In this document: positions 30,983-39,560 of the stretch, piece by piece
How the letters are laid out: each line of letters begins with the position of its first letter
Numbering within the stretch: the stretch's first letter is position 1
Assembly (NCBI GenBank): GCA_012515075.1
Contig: JAAYZC010000002.1
Location: 70,048 to 134,047, forward strand
Length of the DNA: 64,000 nucleotides
Direction of reading: 5' to 3'
Source of the DNA: Thermoplasmatales archaeon
Lineage (GTDB): Archaea > Thermoplasmatota > Thermoplasmata > Methanomassiliicoccales > Methanomethylophilaceae
Position numbers and translations under genes: made by a program
Notes under the pieces: generated by a model
Seen by the model: the letters and a program-made list of their open reading frames with translations, nothing else
Told to the model about the DNA's origin: nothing
The model's database searches: none

Positions 30983-31995
30983 ACCTCGTAAAGTATGTTC
31001 TCCGGTTCCAGGAGTACGCCGGAGCCCCTGCGGACGCGTCCAACTATCCGGGCGTTGCCGTGCTCCGAAGCAATGGTCTCCGCTTCCTCCTCGGGCGCTA
31101 CTATCATGAAACCCATGCTCATGTTGAGAGTCTGGTACATCTCCCTGTCGGATATTCCGCCTAGCTCCTGTATCTTTCCGAACACCGGTGCCGGACGGAG
31201 AGGGTCATCTATCACGTACTGAAGGCCCCCCTTCATGCGAAGAAGGTTCCTGAGGCCTCCTCCGGTGATGTCGACGAGTCCGTGCACCTCGTGCTCGGAG
31301 GTTATTCCCAGAACCTGTTTGACATATATCTCGGTGGGTGTAAGAAGTTCTAGGCCCACAGCCTTGGAAAGTCCCGGAACAGTCTCCCTTAGGCCGATGC
31401 CGGCCGATTCGAACACCTTCCTGGCGAGGGTAAGGCCGTTGGAATGTATGCCCGAGGATTCAAGGGCAACTATGGCATCCCCTTCCCGGCAGGTCTCCCC
31501 GGATATCATCCGGTCCTTCCTGACGAATCCGAGGCAGGTCCCCGACAGGTCCACCCCGTTGACCATCTCGGGAAGCACCGCTATCTCTCCTCCCACGATC
31601 TCCATGTTAGAGAGTTCGGCGCCCTTCTCCAGGCCCACGCCTATCTTCTCCGTGACGGACTCGTCGGGTCTGTCTATCGCTATGTAATCCACGAAGGACA
31701 TCGGTTCCGAGTTGACGCATATGGTGTCGTTCACGTTCATTGCCACGCAGTCTATCCCAACCGTGTCCCAGATGCCCATCTCCTCCGCTACCAGGAGCTT
31801 GGTCCCGACCCCGTCCGTCGCCAGAGTTAGATAGTTCTCTCCGAAGTCAATCAGGCTGGCGAAGAGGCCCTTCCTGCGGACCATCTGCCCCATGCCGGTC
31901 CTCTGGTATCTCAATTCCTTGACCAGGGACTCTATGGCGCTGGATTTCTGATCTATGTTCACGCCGGCACGGGCATAGGTCCATCCTTCCTTCAT
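30976..31995 (-). CDS. purM: Phosphoribosylformylglycinamidine cyclo-ligase (AIR synthetase) PurM
   Basis: YARAGVNID N-terminus and the TLATDGVGTKLLVAEEMG motif. 339 aa. Confidence 0.9.
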   Translation of the reverse strand: MKEGWTYARAGVNIDQKSSAIESLVKELRYQRTGMGQMVRRKGLFASLIDFGENYLTLATDGVGTKLLVAEEMGIWDTVGIDCVAMNVNDTICVNSEPMSFVDYIAIDRPDESVTEKIGVGLEKGAELSNMEIVGGEIAVLPEMVNGVDLSGTCLGFVRKDRMISGETCREGDAIVALESSGIHSNGLTLARKVFESAGIGLRETVPGLSKAVGLELLTPTEIYVKQVLGITSEHEVHGLVDITGGGLRNLLRMKGGLQYVIDDPLRPAPVFGKIQELGGISDREMYQTLNMSMGFMIVAPEEEAETIASEHGNARIVGRVRRGSGVLLEPENILYEVY

Positions 31996-32085
31996 CTTAA
32001 GCCTCGGTCGGTAATGATGTTTCTCTCTTATAATTTGTGATGAACGCGCAAACCATGTTAAACCCCGAAGGACATAGAGGCCCTA

Positions 32086-32769
32086 ATGCGTGAACGCTGG
32101 CTCGAGGAGAGGCATCATGAGCATTACTACAAGCTCGCGAAGAAGCTGGATTACAGGTCCAGGGCATCATTCAAACTGATGCAGATAGACGACCGTTTCA
32201 AAATATTCCGGGAGGGCGATTCCGTGGTCGATCTGGGCGCCTGCCCCGGAGGATGGCTGCAGGTGGCCAAGGAAAGGGTCGGCGACGGGGGCCGCGTAGT
32301 CGGTATAGACCTTCGCAGAATAAGGCCCATGGACGGAGTGGTAACCATAGTCGGCGACATAACCGAGGACAGCACCCTCATCAAGCTGACGGAGGTCTTC
32401 GAGGGGAAGGCGGACGTGGTGCTTTCTGACATGGCCCCGAACATGGCCGGCCACTATTCCATGGATCACGCAAGGTCGATAGACCTGTGCATGTATGCAG
32501 TGGACGTATGCGACCGCGCCCTGAAGAAGGAAGGGAAGCTGGTTATGAAGGCCTTCATGGGGGACATGTTCGAGGATATGCTCAAGGAGGTCCGCACCAG
32601 GTTCAGATCCGTGAAGGTGCACTCCCCGGCCGCGTCCAGGGAGGCCTCCTCGGAGATGTACGTGATATGCAAAGGCTTCCTTGCCAACAGGAACGTCAGG
32701 CTGGTGCGGGAAGAGCCGGCCGCCGATGCCGCTGGGACGGAGTTCACGATAAAGGGGAATCTGATATGA
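32086..32769 (+). CDS. rlmE: 23S rRNA 2'-O-ribose methyltransferase RlmE/FtsJ
   Basis: YRSRASFKLMQIDDRF, SAM motif VVDLGACPGGW, and DVVLSDMAPN. Confidence 0.9.
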   Translation: MRERWLEERHHEHYYKLAKKLDYRSRASFKLMQIDDRFKIFREGDSVVDLGACPGGWLQVAKERVGDGGRVVGIDLRRIRPMDGVVTIVGDITEDSTLIKLTEVFEGKADVVLSDMAPNMAGHYSMDHARSIDLCMYAVDVCDRALKKEGKLVMKAFMGDMFEDMLKEVRTRFRSVKVHSPAASREASSEMYVICKGFLANRNVRLVREEPAADAAGTEFTIKGNLI

Positions 32770-33392
32770 GACCAAGACCGGGAAAGATAATCAGCATAGG
32801 TTGGAACTACCGTTCCCACCTCACGGAGACGGAGGCTCAGCTGCCCTCGGAGCCCGTAGTCTTCTTCAAGGCACCCAGCTGCCTGATAGGCGACGGGGAG
32901 GAGATAAGGATACCCAAAGGGATGGCCAACGTGCAGCACGAGGTGGAGCTGGCACTGATATTCGGGAAGACCGGCAAGGATATCCACGAATCGGAGGCCC
33001 TTTCGTACATATCCAAGGTCGCCGTATTCAACGACATAACTGCCAGGGACCTTCAGGACCAGGCGAGGAAGGAGGGTAACCCCTGGGCCGTATCCAAGAG
33101 CATAGACACCTTCGGACCGATATCCAAACCCGTGCCCATACGCAAACTGGAGAACATACAGGACCTTCGCATGGAACTCACCGTCAACGGTAAGGTAAGA
33201 CAGACCGGCCGCACCTCTCTTATGGTGTTCACAATCCCTAAGCTGGTCTCCTACGTCTCTAAGTTCATGACGATAGAGAAGGGCGATATAATGATAACCG
33301 GAACCCCGGAAGGAGTCAGCGAGATAGTGCCGGGAGACGTGGTGTGCGCCAAGATAGACGGCGTGGGGTCCGTAACAAACAGAGTGGTTTAA
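32766..33392 (+). CDS. Fumarylacetoacetate hydrolase (FAH) family protein
   Basis: The real start ATG 32766 overlaps the rlmE stop (ATGA). Motifs IGWNYRSH, HEVELALIFGK and a C-terminal GDIMITGTPEGV. Confidence 0.8.
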   Translation: MRPRPGKIISIGWNYRSHLTETEAQLPSEPVVFFKAPSCLIGDGEEIRIPKGMANVQHEVELALIFGKTGKDIHESEALSYISKVAVFNDITARDLQDQARKEGNPWAVSKSIDTFGPISKPVPIRKLENIQDLRMELTVNGKVRQTGRTSLMVFTIPKLVSYVSKFMTIEKGDIMITGTPEGVSEIVPGDVVCAKIDGVGSVTNRVV

Positions 33393-36139
33393 TCCCAGAA
33401 CCGCTTGTTCTTGGCGTACAGTATCTCGGCGCTGAGTATGTCCCGGAGGAAATCGTCCTCGTCGACATGCACGCTGCGGAGGATCCGCGATGCGGCCTCT
33501 GGGCCGACCCCCCTGCCAGCCAGCGCCATTGCGGCCCGGGTGCCCCCATGCTCGTTGACAAGGTTGGCTATGCGGGATATCCTCAGGGCGTCCTTCTTCT
33601 CCTGGGCAGTCAGCCCCTCTTTCTTGCTAAGCACCTTCATGCTCTCCCTGTCGTATTCCTTGAGCACCGCGACCATGTTGCCTCCGCACCTCTGGCAGAC
33701 GAAACGCCTCGGAGCATCTCCGACACGGAACCTCCATTGGCTCTTGCAGTTAAGACAGGAAGCGAAGAGAACCTCCTCGCTGAGTCTCTTCTTGAGGGCC
33801 ATTAGTATGGAGTGGTCGGCGCGCACCGGCTGCATGAGCTCCTTGGACCTTACTATGCCCTCCAGCCCTATCGGGGAGATCCCCCCGACCCTGAGCTCTA
33901 TGGCGCCTGAGGAAAGTTCCGAGACGACCTTCTCGGTATTAGCTATATCCAGATCCTCCCAGAGAACCTTGTTCACGGCCTCGTTGTATGCGGGGGTGTC
34001 CCTGTGCGCTTCGAAAAGACGAGAGAAGTTTATGAAACGGTGGTCCGCCTCCTTCTCTATTATGCCGAACTTCTTGGCGACGTACACGAACCTCCATTTA
34101 AGATACGTGGAGTTCAGAACGGTGATCCTGGCCAGAGCCTCTACGGTCCCCGGTTTTATCGATTTGAAGGTGTCGGTAAGCACGTCCCTGCCGATGTTCC
34201 TGGGGAGTTCTAGTATTATGCGGTAGGGGTCGGTGGAGACCCCCACGCTCTCGCCAAGACGGGCGGTCAGCAGTGCCGAATAGATCTTGCTGAGGGTCTC
34301 GTTAACCCTGGTTCCGAAACAGCAGTTCACTATCGCCAGCCTGTCGCCCACCTCCAGCGTTACCAATCTGTCCGTGGGGACGGGAAAACGATCCCTCTGC
34401 TCCTCCACCGTCGATATTACGCATTCGCGGGAGGGGGCGTCCCCGGGGTATTCCGAAAGATCCAGGGTCCTCCGGAGCCGGCCGACCTCCATGGCGACAT
34501 CGAAGGGGACGGGTATGTCCGATCCCGTCCAGGACGGGACGGCCCCCATGTCTCTGACCTCCTCAACCAGGATCTCGTCGTCTCTCATCTCCACGATACG
34601 CCAGGTGCGCCCCTTGGCTATGAACATGGCGTAGGGTTCTGCGAAGGTCGCCACGAAGCTCTCGTCCAGAGTGCCTATGACTGCACGGGTGCTTATGTCC
34701 CTGATCATGTAGGTGCGCTCGTCGGGTATCATGGAGATGTTGCCGTAGAAATAGTTCATGCCCTTCCTGGATCTCCTGAAACCCTCATCATCCTCGAATA
34801 TCATCTTGATGGATTTCAGCTGATCAAGAACCGCGTCCATCTCCTCGCGGGCGAGGTCCTTGAAAGGATAGGACTTTGTGAACACACGGTAAGCGGTATC
34901 CCTGTCCACACGCTGGCTCATGGTCATCGCCACCAGCTGGTTAGCGACGACGGACAGAGGGCAGGGCCTTCCAGCCGAATCCTCCAGCTCCTTGGCATCG
35001 GCCTTCCTGGCAATCACCAAGGCCTCGGCGACCTCGTCGGGCGCGGTCGCCAACACGATTGCCCTTATGGTCTCGCCGACACGGTGTCCGGCGCGCCCCG
35101 CTCTCTGTATCATGCGGGCCACCTGCCTGGGCGAGTTGTACTGTATGACCAGGTCGGTTCTGCCCATGTCTATACCGAGTTCCAATGAGGATGTGCACAC
35201 GAGGGCCTTGGTCTCGCCGCGTTTGAAGCTGTCCTCCATCTCCATCCTGTTCTCCTTGGACAGGGAACCGTGATGGACATCGATGGAGAAGCCCTCGTCC
35301 CACACGCGGTATCTGGCGGCTATCCATTCGGCGGTCTCTCTGGTGTTCACGAACAGCAGCGTCGAGTCCCCCTGTTCTATCAACTCCCTGGCCCTCTTCA
35401 TGACCGCCACTATGTCGGGATCACCCTGCAGACGTTCCTGCAGCTCGGAGTCGTCTTCGGAAGGCAGCGGGCGCTCGACCCTTATGTCGAAATCGCGGTG
35501 GGTGTCGTGGTTGGATATGACGCACTCCCTTCCGACGCCCATAAGAAAGTCGGCCACCCTCTGTACGCTGCCGACGGTCGCAGAGAGGCCGATGCGTTGA
35601 TATTCCCCGGCCTTTAGCGTGAGCCTCTCCAAGGCGACCGCCAGCTGTGCGCCCCTCTCGGTCGTAGCCAGCTCGTGTATCTCATCCACCACGACCCATT
35701 CGACGTTCTTCAGGTGCTGCGACAGCCTCTTCCCGGTGAACATGACCTGGAGTGTCTCAGGAGTGGTTATCAGTATCTCGGGGGGATCCTGGGACTGTTT
35801 GGACCTCTCTGCGGCAGAGGTGTCTCCGTGCCGGACGCTCACCTTGATGCCCATTCCCTTGCCGTAGTCCTCCATTCTCTTCAGCATGTCGCGGTTCAGG
35901 GCCCGCAGCGGGGTCACGTATACGCACCTTATCCCCTTCTTCCCGGGAGTCTTGGCTATCGCATCCAGTATCGGCAGTATGGCCGCCTCCGTCTTCCCTA
36001 TGCCCGTGGGAGCCACCAGGAGAAGGTGACTGCCGGAGGCGATGATGGGCATGGCGGCCTCTTGGGGACCGGTGGGCTCGCGTATGCCTCTCTCTGCAAG
36101 AAGGGCCGCAAGCTTCGGGGAGAGCGTGTCGAAGGGCAT
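33389..36139 (-). CDS. Lhr-core type SF2 helicase (archaeal Lhr paralogue) with a C-terminal zinc ribbon
   Basis: VAPTGIGKT, VVDEIHE, SAT and QRAGRAGH, then a DEAD-associated WH/domain-4 region. Near the C-terminus: CLNCKSQWRF...CQRCGG. Confidence 0.9.
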   Translation of the reverse strand: MPFDTLSPKLAALLAERGIREPTGPQEAAMPIIASGSHLLLVAPTGIGKTEAAILPILDAIAKTPGKKGIRCVYVTPLRALNRDMLKRMEDYGKGMGIKVSVRHGDTSAAERSKQSQDPPEILITTPETLQVMFTGKRLSQHLKNVEWVVVDEIHELATTERGAQLAVALERLTLKAGEYQRIGLSATVGSVQRVADFLMGVGRECVISNHDTHRDFDIRVERPLPSEDDSELQERLQGDPDIVAVMKRARELIEQGDSTLLFVNTRETAEWIAARYRVWDEGFSIDVHHGSLSKENRMEMEDSFKRGETKALVCTSSLELGIDMGRTDLVIQYNSPRQVARMIQRAGRAGHRVGETIRAIVLATAPDEVAEALVIARKADAKELEDSAGRPCPLSVVANQLVAMTMSQRVDRDTAYRVFTKSYPFKDLAREEMDAVLDQLKSIKMIFEDDEGFRRSRKGMNYFYGNISMIPDERTYMIRDISTRAVIGTLDESFVATFAEPYAMFIAKGRTWRIVEMRDDEILVEEVRDMGAVPSWTGSDIPVPFDVAMEVGRLRRTLDLSEYPGDAPSRECVISTVEEQRDRFPVPTDRLVTLEVGDRLAIVNCCFGTRVNETLSKIYSALLTARLGESVGVSTDPYRIILELPRNIGRDVLTDTFKSIKPGTVEALARITVLNSTYLKWRFVYVAKKFGIIEKEADHRFINFSRLFEAHRDTPAYNEAVNKVLWEDLDIANTEKVVSELSSGAIELRVGGISPIGLEGIVRSKELMQPVRADHSILMALKKRLSEEVLFASCLNCKSQWRFRVGDAPRRFVCQRCGGNMVAVLKEYDRESMKVLSKKEGLTAQEKKDALRISRIANLVNEHGGTRAAMALAGRGVGPEAASRILRSVHVDEDDFLRDILSAEILYAKNKRFWD

Positions 36140-36197
36140 CGCACAGACTCGCGTTTGAAAAAAGAAGGAGCCGGGGGGCCCCGGCTCCGGAACCTTC

Positions 36198-37868
36198 TCA
36201 CATCCTCTTCTTGGCAGCCTTCTTGAGGTTGCGGAGGTTCTCTTTCACGGCCGCACGGATCTGCACAGCCTGCTCCTCTCCGTCGGTTATGTCGGACTCC
36301 TTGAACTTCAGGAGCATCCAGCCTTCGTTCTCCAGTTCGGCGTCGTGGGCGGTGTCCGGCTCGTCCTTGTAGACGCAGACGGCCACTTTGCTCTTCACGA
36401 AGGCTATTTCTATGTTGAAGGGCCCGTAGTTCTTGCGGCACCTGAGGCCTTTGTTCCAGGCGGCCCTCCTGAGCAGGGTCTCGGGTCCCTCGTCGAACTC
36501 GATGGGCTCGAAATCCATCTCTTCTGGGTCCTCTTCCAGGATAATCTCCTCGGAAAGCGCCGGAGTGTCGGCGACCTGGTCGGAAGCCCTGTCTGCAGGA
36601 GTCTCGGGCTTCCTCTCCTCCGCTGGGGCGGTCTTCGGCTCCTCTCGCGCCTTGGCCGGCTCCGCAGCCGCTTTCTTCTCCTCGACAGGCTTTGGCTCCG
36701 CTGGGGCGGTGACCTGCAGGAGGAGCTGGGAGATGTCCATTACCTTGATATTGGACCCTATCTTCTTGGCCCCGGCGGTCAGATTCAGGACGCAGAACGG
36801 ACAGGAGGTTATCAGAACCTCCGCACCCACCTCTTCGGCGTCGCGTATCCTCTCCGCAGCCACGTTGACGGCGAAGTCGTTGAATTGGCTCTTATAGCCG
36901 CCTCCGGCCCCGCAGCATCTGGAGTTCATGCCGTGGCGGTACATCTCAACGAACTCCATCCCCTTTATCTTCTTCAGGATGTTGCGGGGCTCCTCGAACA
37001 CGCCTGCGTGCCTTCCGAGGTGGCAGGGGTCGTGGTAGGTCACCTTGGCTTTGAATTCATGGTTCAGGGGCAGCTTCCTCTGTGATATCAGCCTGTCAAC
37101 GTACTGGGTGAAATGGTAGACGTTCTGTCCGGGTTTCGCGAAGAAGTTGCCGAAATCGTGGGACACGGTCTTGTAGCATCCGGAGCAGGTCATAACCATG
37201 TCCTTGGCTCCCATGGCGTCGGCCTTGTTCACAACCGCCTCTGCAGAGGGAGCTGTGTGTCTGAGGGTGCCGGTCCTTATGGCCGGGGACGTGCAGCAGT
37301 ACTCCTCCTCTCCGAGGCAGTTCATCCTGACGCCCGCGCGATCCAGGACCCGCACTCCCGCCTGGGCGATGCCCTGCATCCTGTAGGATCCAGTGCATCC
37401 GGCGAAGAATATGACGTCGGGAACGGAGCACCTCTCCACTTCCGCGGGCCACCAGGCGTCCCTTTTGGTAGGGGACTCCCCGTAGGGATTGCGGTTCTCG
37501 CCAATGCTCTCGGCCAGCTTCTTGTGGGCGCTGAGAGGGGCGACACCCTCTGCGACGAGCCAGGCCCGGATCTTCTCCCAGAACTCCACGAGGTGTATGT
37601 TGGCGTGGCAAACGGCCTCGCAGTTGCCGCACCCGGTGCACTTGTAGATGGCGTCGACGAACTCGGGGCTCACGGAGACATCCCTCCCAAGCAGCTTGTC
37701 CATGGCCCCCGCCCCTCTCTTGTCGAGCTGCGTCAGGTAATAGATCTTGCCTCTCGGCGTTACGGACTCCCAAGGGGTCTGGTCATGCGCCTCGCAAACA
37801 TCGATACAGTACCCACACTGGACGCAGGCGGTCATCTCCCTTTGGATACGCGGCATTTTGTCGAACAT
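36198..37868 (-). CDS. HdrD/GlpC-like Fe-S CCG-domain oxidoreductase fused to a PEKA-rich linker and a C-terminal nuclease-fold-like domain
   Basis: Two ferredoxin motifs (CVQCGYCIDVC, CTGCGNCEAVC) and two CCG domains (YCCTSP, CCGAGGGY). ATG 37868 is preceded by the SD GAGGT. The C-terminal ~165 aa are extra; see findings. Confidence 0.8.
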   Translation of the reverse strand: MFDKMPRIQREMTACVQCGYCIDVCEAHDQTPWESVTPRGKIYYLTQLDKRGAGAMDKLLGRDVSVSPEFVDAIYKCTGCGNCEAVCHANIHLVEFWEKIRAWLVAEGVAPLSAHKKLAESIGENRNPYGESPTKRDAWWPAEVERCSVPDVIFFAGCTGSYRMQGIAQAGVRVLDRAGVRMNCLGEEEYCCTSPAIRTGTLRHTAPSAEAVVNKADAMGAKDMVMTCSGCYKTVSHDFGNFFAKPGQNVYHFTQYVDRLISQRKLPLNHEFKAKVTYHDPCHLGRHAGVFEEPRNILKKIKGMEFVEMYRHGMNSRCCGAGGGYKSQFNDFAVNVAAERIRDAEEVGAEVLITSCPFCVLNLTAGAKKIGSNIKVMDISQLLLQVTAPAEPKPVEEKKAAAEPAKAREEPKTAPAEERKPETPADRASDQVADTPALSEEIILEEDPEEMDFEPIEFDEGPETLLRRAAWNKGLRCRKNYGPFNIEIAFVKSKVAVCVYKDEPDTAHDAELENEGWMLLKFKESDITDGEEQAVQIRAAVKENLRNLKKAAKKRM

Positions 37869-37979
37869 AAGTTTACCTCTGCAATAGCGGAGACCACCAA
37901 TCACAATGGGGTCCTTTCCTTTAAGTGAGGGGAGATGGTAGCACAATATTTAGGTTTTCGGTTCAGGAATGTGCCATGC

Positions 37980-38531
37980 TCAACGATCGGAGGTTTGGTC
38001 TCCGTAGAACTTCTTGGAATACCCCTCTATGGCACTGTTTATGATCGATGCAACTTCTTCGTGCCCTATGATCTCGTCGACCGCGGTGCTCTTCCCCTCC
38101 AGCGTTTTGTAGACGGTGAAGAAGTGAGCCATCTCATCGAACACGTGCCTGGGCAGGTCCTTTATGTCCCTGTATCCGTTGAAGGTGGGGTCGTCGAAAG
38201 GTATCGCTATGACCTTCTCGTCGTTTGCACCCCCGTCGATCATCTTTATGGCGCCGATCGGGTAGCAGCGCACCAGGGTCATCGGGATTATCGGCTCCGA
38301 GCACAGGACCAGGGCGTCCAGCGGATCCCGGTCATCGGCGTACGTCCTCGGTATGAATCCGTAGCTGGCCGGATAATGGGTGGAGGTGTACAGTATGCGG
38401 TCCAGTTTGAGTAATCCCGTGTCCTTGTCCAGCTCATATTTGTTCTTGCTGCCCTTCTCTATCTCTATGACGACTACGAAGTCTTCAGCGGTAACCCTTC
38501 CGGGGTCTATGTCATGCCATATGTTTGTCAT
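37980..38531 (-). CDS. ppa: Inorganic pyrophosphatase (family I)
   Basis: IEIEKGSKNKYELDK, YPASYGFIP and DRDPLDALVL. Its SD (GAGGTG) overlaps the crcB stop. Confidence 0.95.
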   Translation of the reverse strand: MTNIWHDIDPGRVTAEDFVVVIEIEKGSKNKYELDKDTGLLKLDRILYTSTHYPASYGFIPRTYADDRDPLDALVLCSEPIIPMTLVRCYPIGAIKMIDGGANDEKVIAIPFDDPTFNGYRDIKDLPRHVFDEMAHFFTVYKTLEGKSTAVDEIIGHEEVASIINSAIEGYSKKFYGDQTSDR

Positions 38532-38540
38532 GTGAACACC

Positions 38541-38915
38541 TCATGCGAGCGCCAGAGCCAGCGCCCTTCCAGCGAATCCCGCGCCAAGGCACACCGCCGT
38601 GTTGAGCGCGATGTTCGTCAGCGCTAACCCTACCCTCCCAGCCTCATATAGGTTTATCGTTTCTAGCGAGAATGTGGACATGGTTGTGAACGCCCCGAAC
38701 ACGCCGATGAGCAGGAAGCCCTTGATCTCCGGGTTCATGGCACCCAGCGAGAAGTAGACCAGGGAGATCAGGAAGCAACCGGCGAAGTTTACGATGAAGG
38801 TGTTGAGGGGGAAATCACCCGGTCCTGAGACTACGGTGCCCACCAAGACCCTCATCAGGGCGCCGACGGCGCCGCCGAGGGCCACAGACAGAAGGAATAC
38901 GGCCTGTCCTGTCAC
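38541..38915 (-). CDS. crcB: Fluoride channel CrcB/FEX
   Basis: 124 aa with four TM helices. Motifs LGGAVGALMR, NFAGCFLI and GAFTTMSTFSLE. GTG start. Confidence 0.9.
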   Translation of the reverse strand: MTGQAVFLLSVALGGAVGALMRVLVGTVVSGPGDFPLNTFIVNFAGCFLISLVYFSLGAMNPEIKGFLLIGVFGAFTTMSTFSLETINLYEAGRVGLALTNIALNTAVCLGAGFAGRALALALA

Positions 38916-39114
38916 AATCTCACCGGGACAGCGTACGATTCCGGCGCACGGCCGGTATGAAGATTGTCAACGGTGTCCCTCCCCCCGCATCCCGGAGTGT
39001 GGGCTCTGGAAGTCAACCCCTCCTCAGATATGCGACTCATCGGGCGCCAATCCTGGATTCATGGACAGAGTTTTCCATTATGCCGGGCAGACGCCGCCGT
39101 CGCCAGTGTCCGGA

Positions 39115-39228
39115 TCAGGACGCGCCGTATAGGAGGAACGCGGCAATCATCACTACGAAGACCGCGGCGGCCATGGCGGCGGCGATCTTCTGGTTCTTCG
39201 TTGGCATGGGTATGTCGGGCATGTTCAT
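39115..39228 (-). CDS. Unannotated 37-aa single-TM microprotein
   Basis: Translation: MNMPDIPMPTKNQKIAAAMAAAVFVVMIAAFLLYGAS. Third-position GC is very high. An SD-like GGTG lies upstream of the ATG, and a TATA-like TTTCTATAT sits at 39269-39277. Confidence 0.45.
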   Translation of the reverse strand: MNMPDIPMPTKNQKIAAAMAAAVFVVMIAAFLLYGAS

Positions 39229-39355
39229 CTGTTGCACCAGCCTTTGCTCGGATGAGAATGGACGAGGGATATAGAAATGTTGCGCCCACCGGAACCCAGC
39301 CCGAAAGGTTCAGAAGCACGGATCCCCGGAGGATGCTGGCAGGGACAGATGGATA

Positions 39356-39432
39356 TGGTGGGCCTGGCCGGATTTGAACCGACGACCGTCCGGTTATGAG
39401 CCGGACGCTCCACCAGCCTAAGCTACAGGCCC
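39356..39432 (-). tRNA. tRNA with CAU anticodon (elongator Met or Ile2), CCA encoded
   Basis: Acceptor stem GGGCCTG/CAGGCCC, anticodon stem TCCGG/CCGGA, loop CTCATAA and T-loop GGTTCAAAT. It lacks the A1:U72 pair typical of archaeal initiator tRNA. Confidence 0.85.
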
Positions 39433-39445
39433 TTTTGGATGATCG

Positions 39446-39521
39446 TGGCGCCGTCGCACGGGCTCGAACCGTGGACCTTGTGATTAACAGTCACACGCTC
39501 TACCAACTGAGCTACGACGGC
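39446..39521 (-). tRNA. tRNA-Asn (anticodon GUU), CCA encoded
   Basis: Acceptor stem GCCGTCG/CGACGGC, anticodon stem TGTGA/TCACA, loop CTGTTAA and T-loop GGTTCGAGC. Confidence 0.9.
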
Positions 39522-39560
39522 AGGTGCCGATTCAGCGAAAGTAAGTCGAATATTAAAGTG

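Noticed and set aside
31996-32085. C/D-box sRNA in the purM-rlmE spacer (AATGATGT and GTGATGA sequences)
   Set aside because: No properly spaced CTGA D or D' boxes or terminal stem could be found. The AT-rich part is better explained as a promoter (TCTTATAATTTG).
38794-39413. Track ORFs in the crcB-tRNA gap: 38794-39132 +, 38957-39274 +, 38964-39377 +, 39059-39319 - and 39225-39413 -
   Set aside because: Their translations are Arg/Pro-rich or overlap the tRNA gene, and their codon bias is poor. Only the 37-aa minus-strand ORF (39115-39228) shows a strong third-position GC signal.
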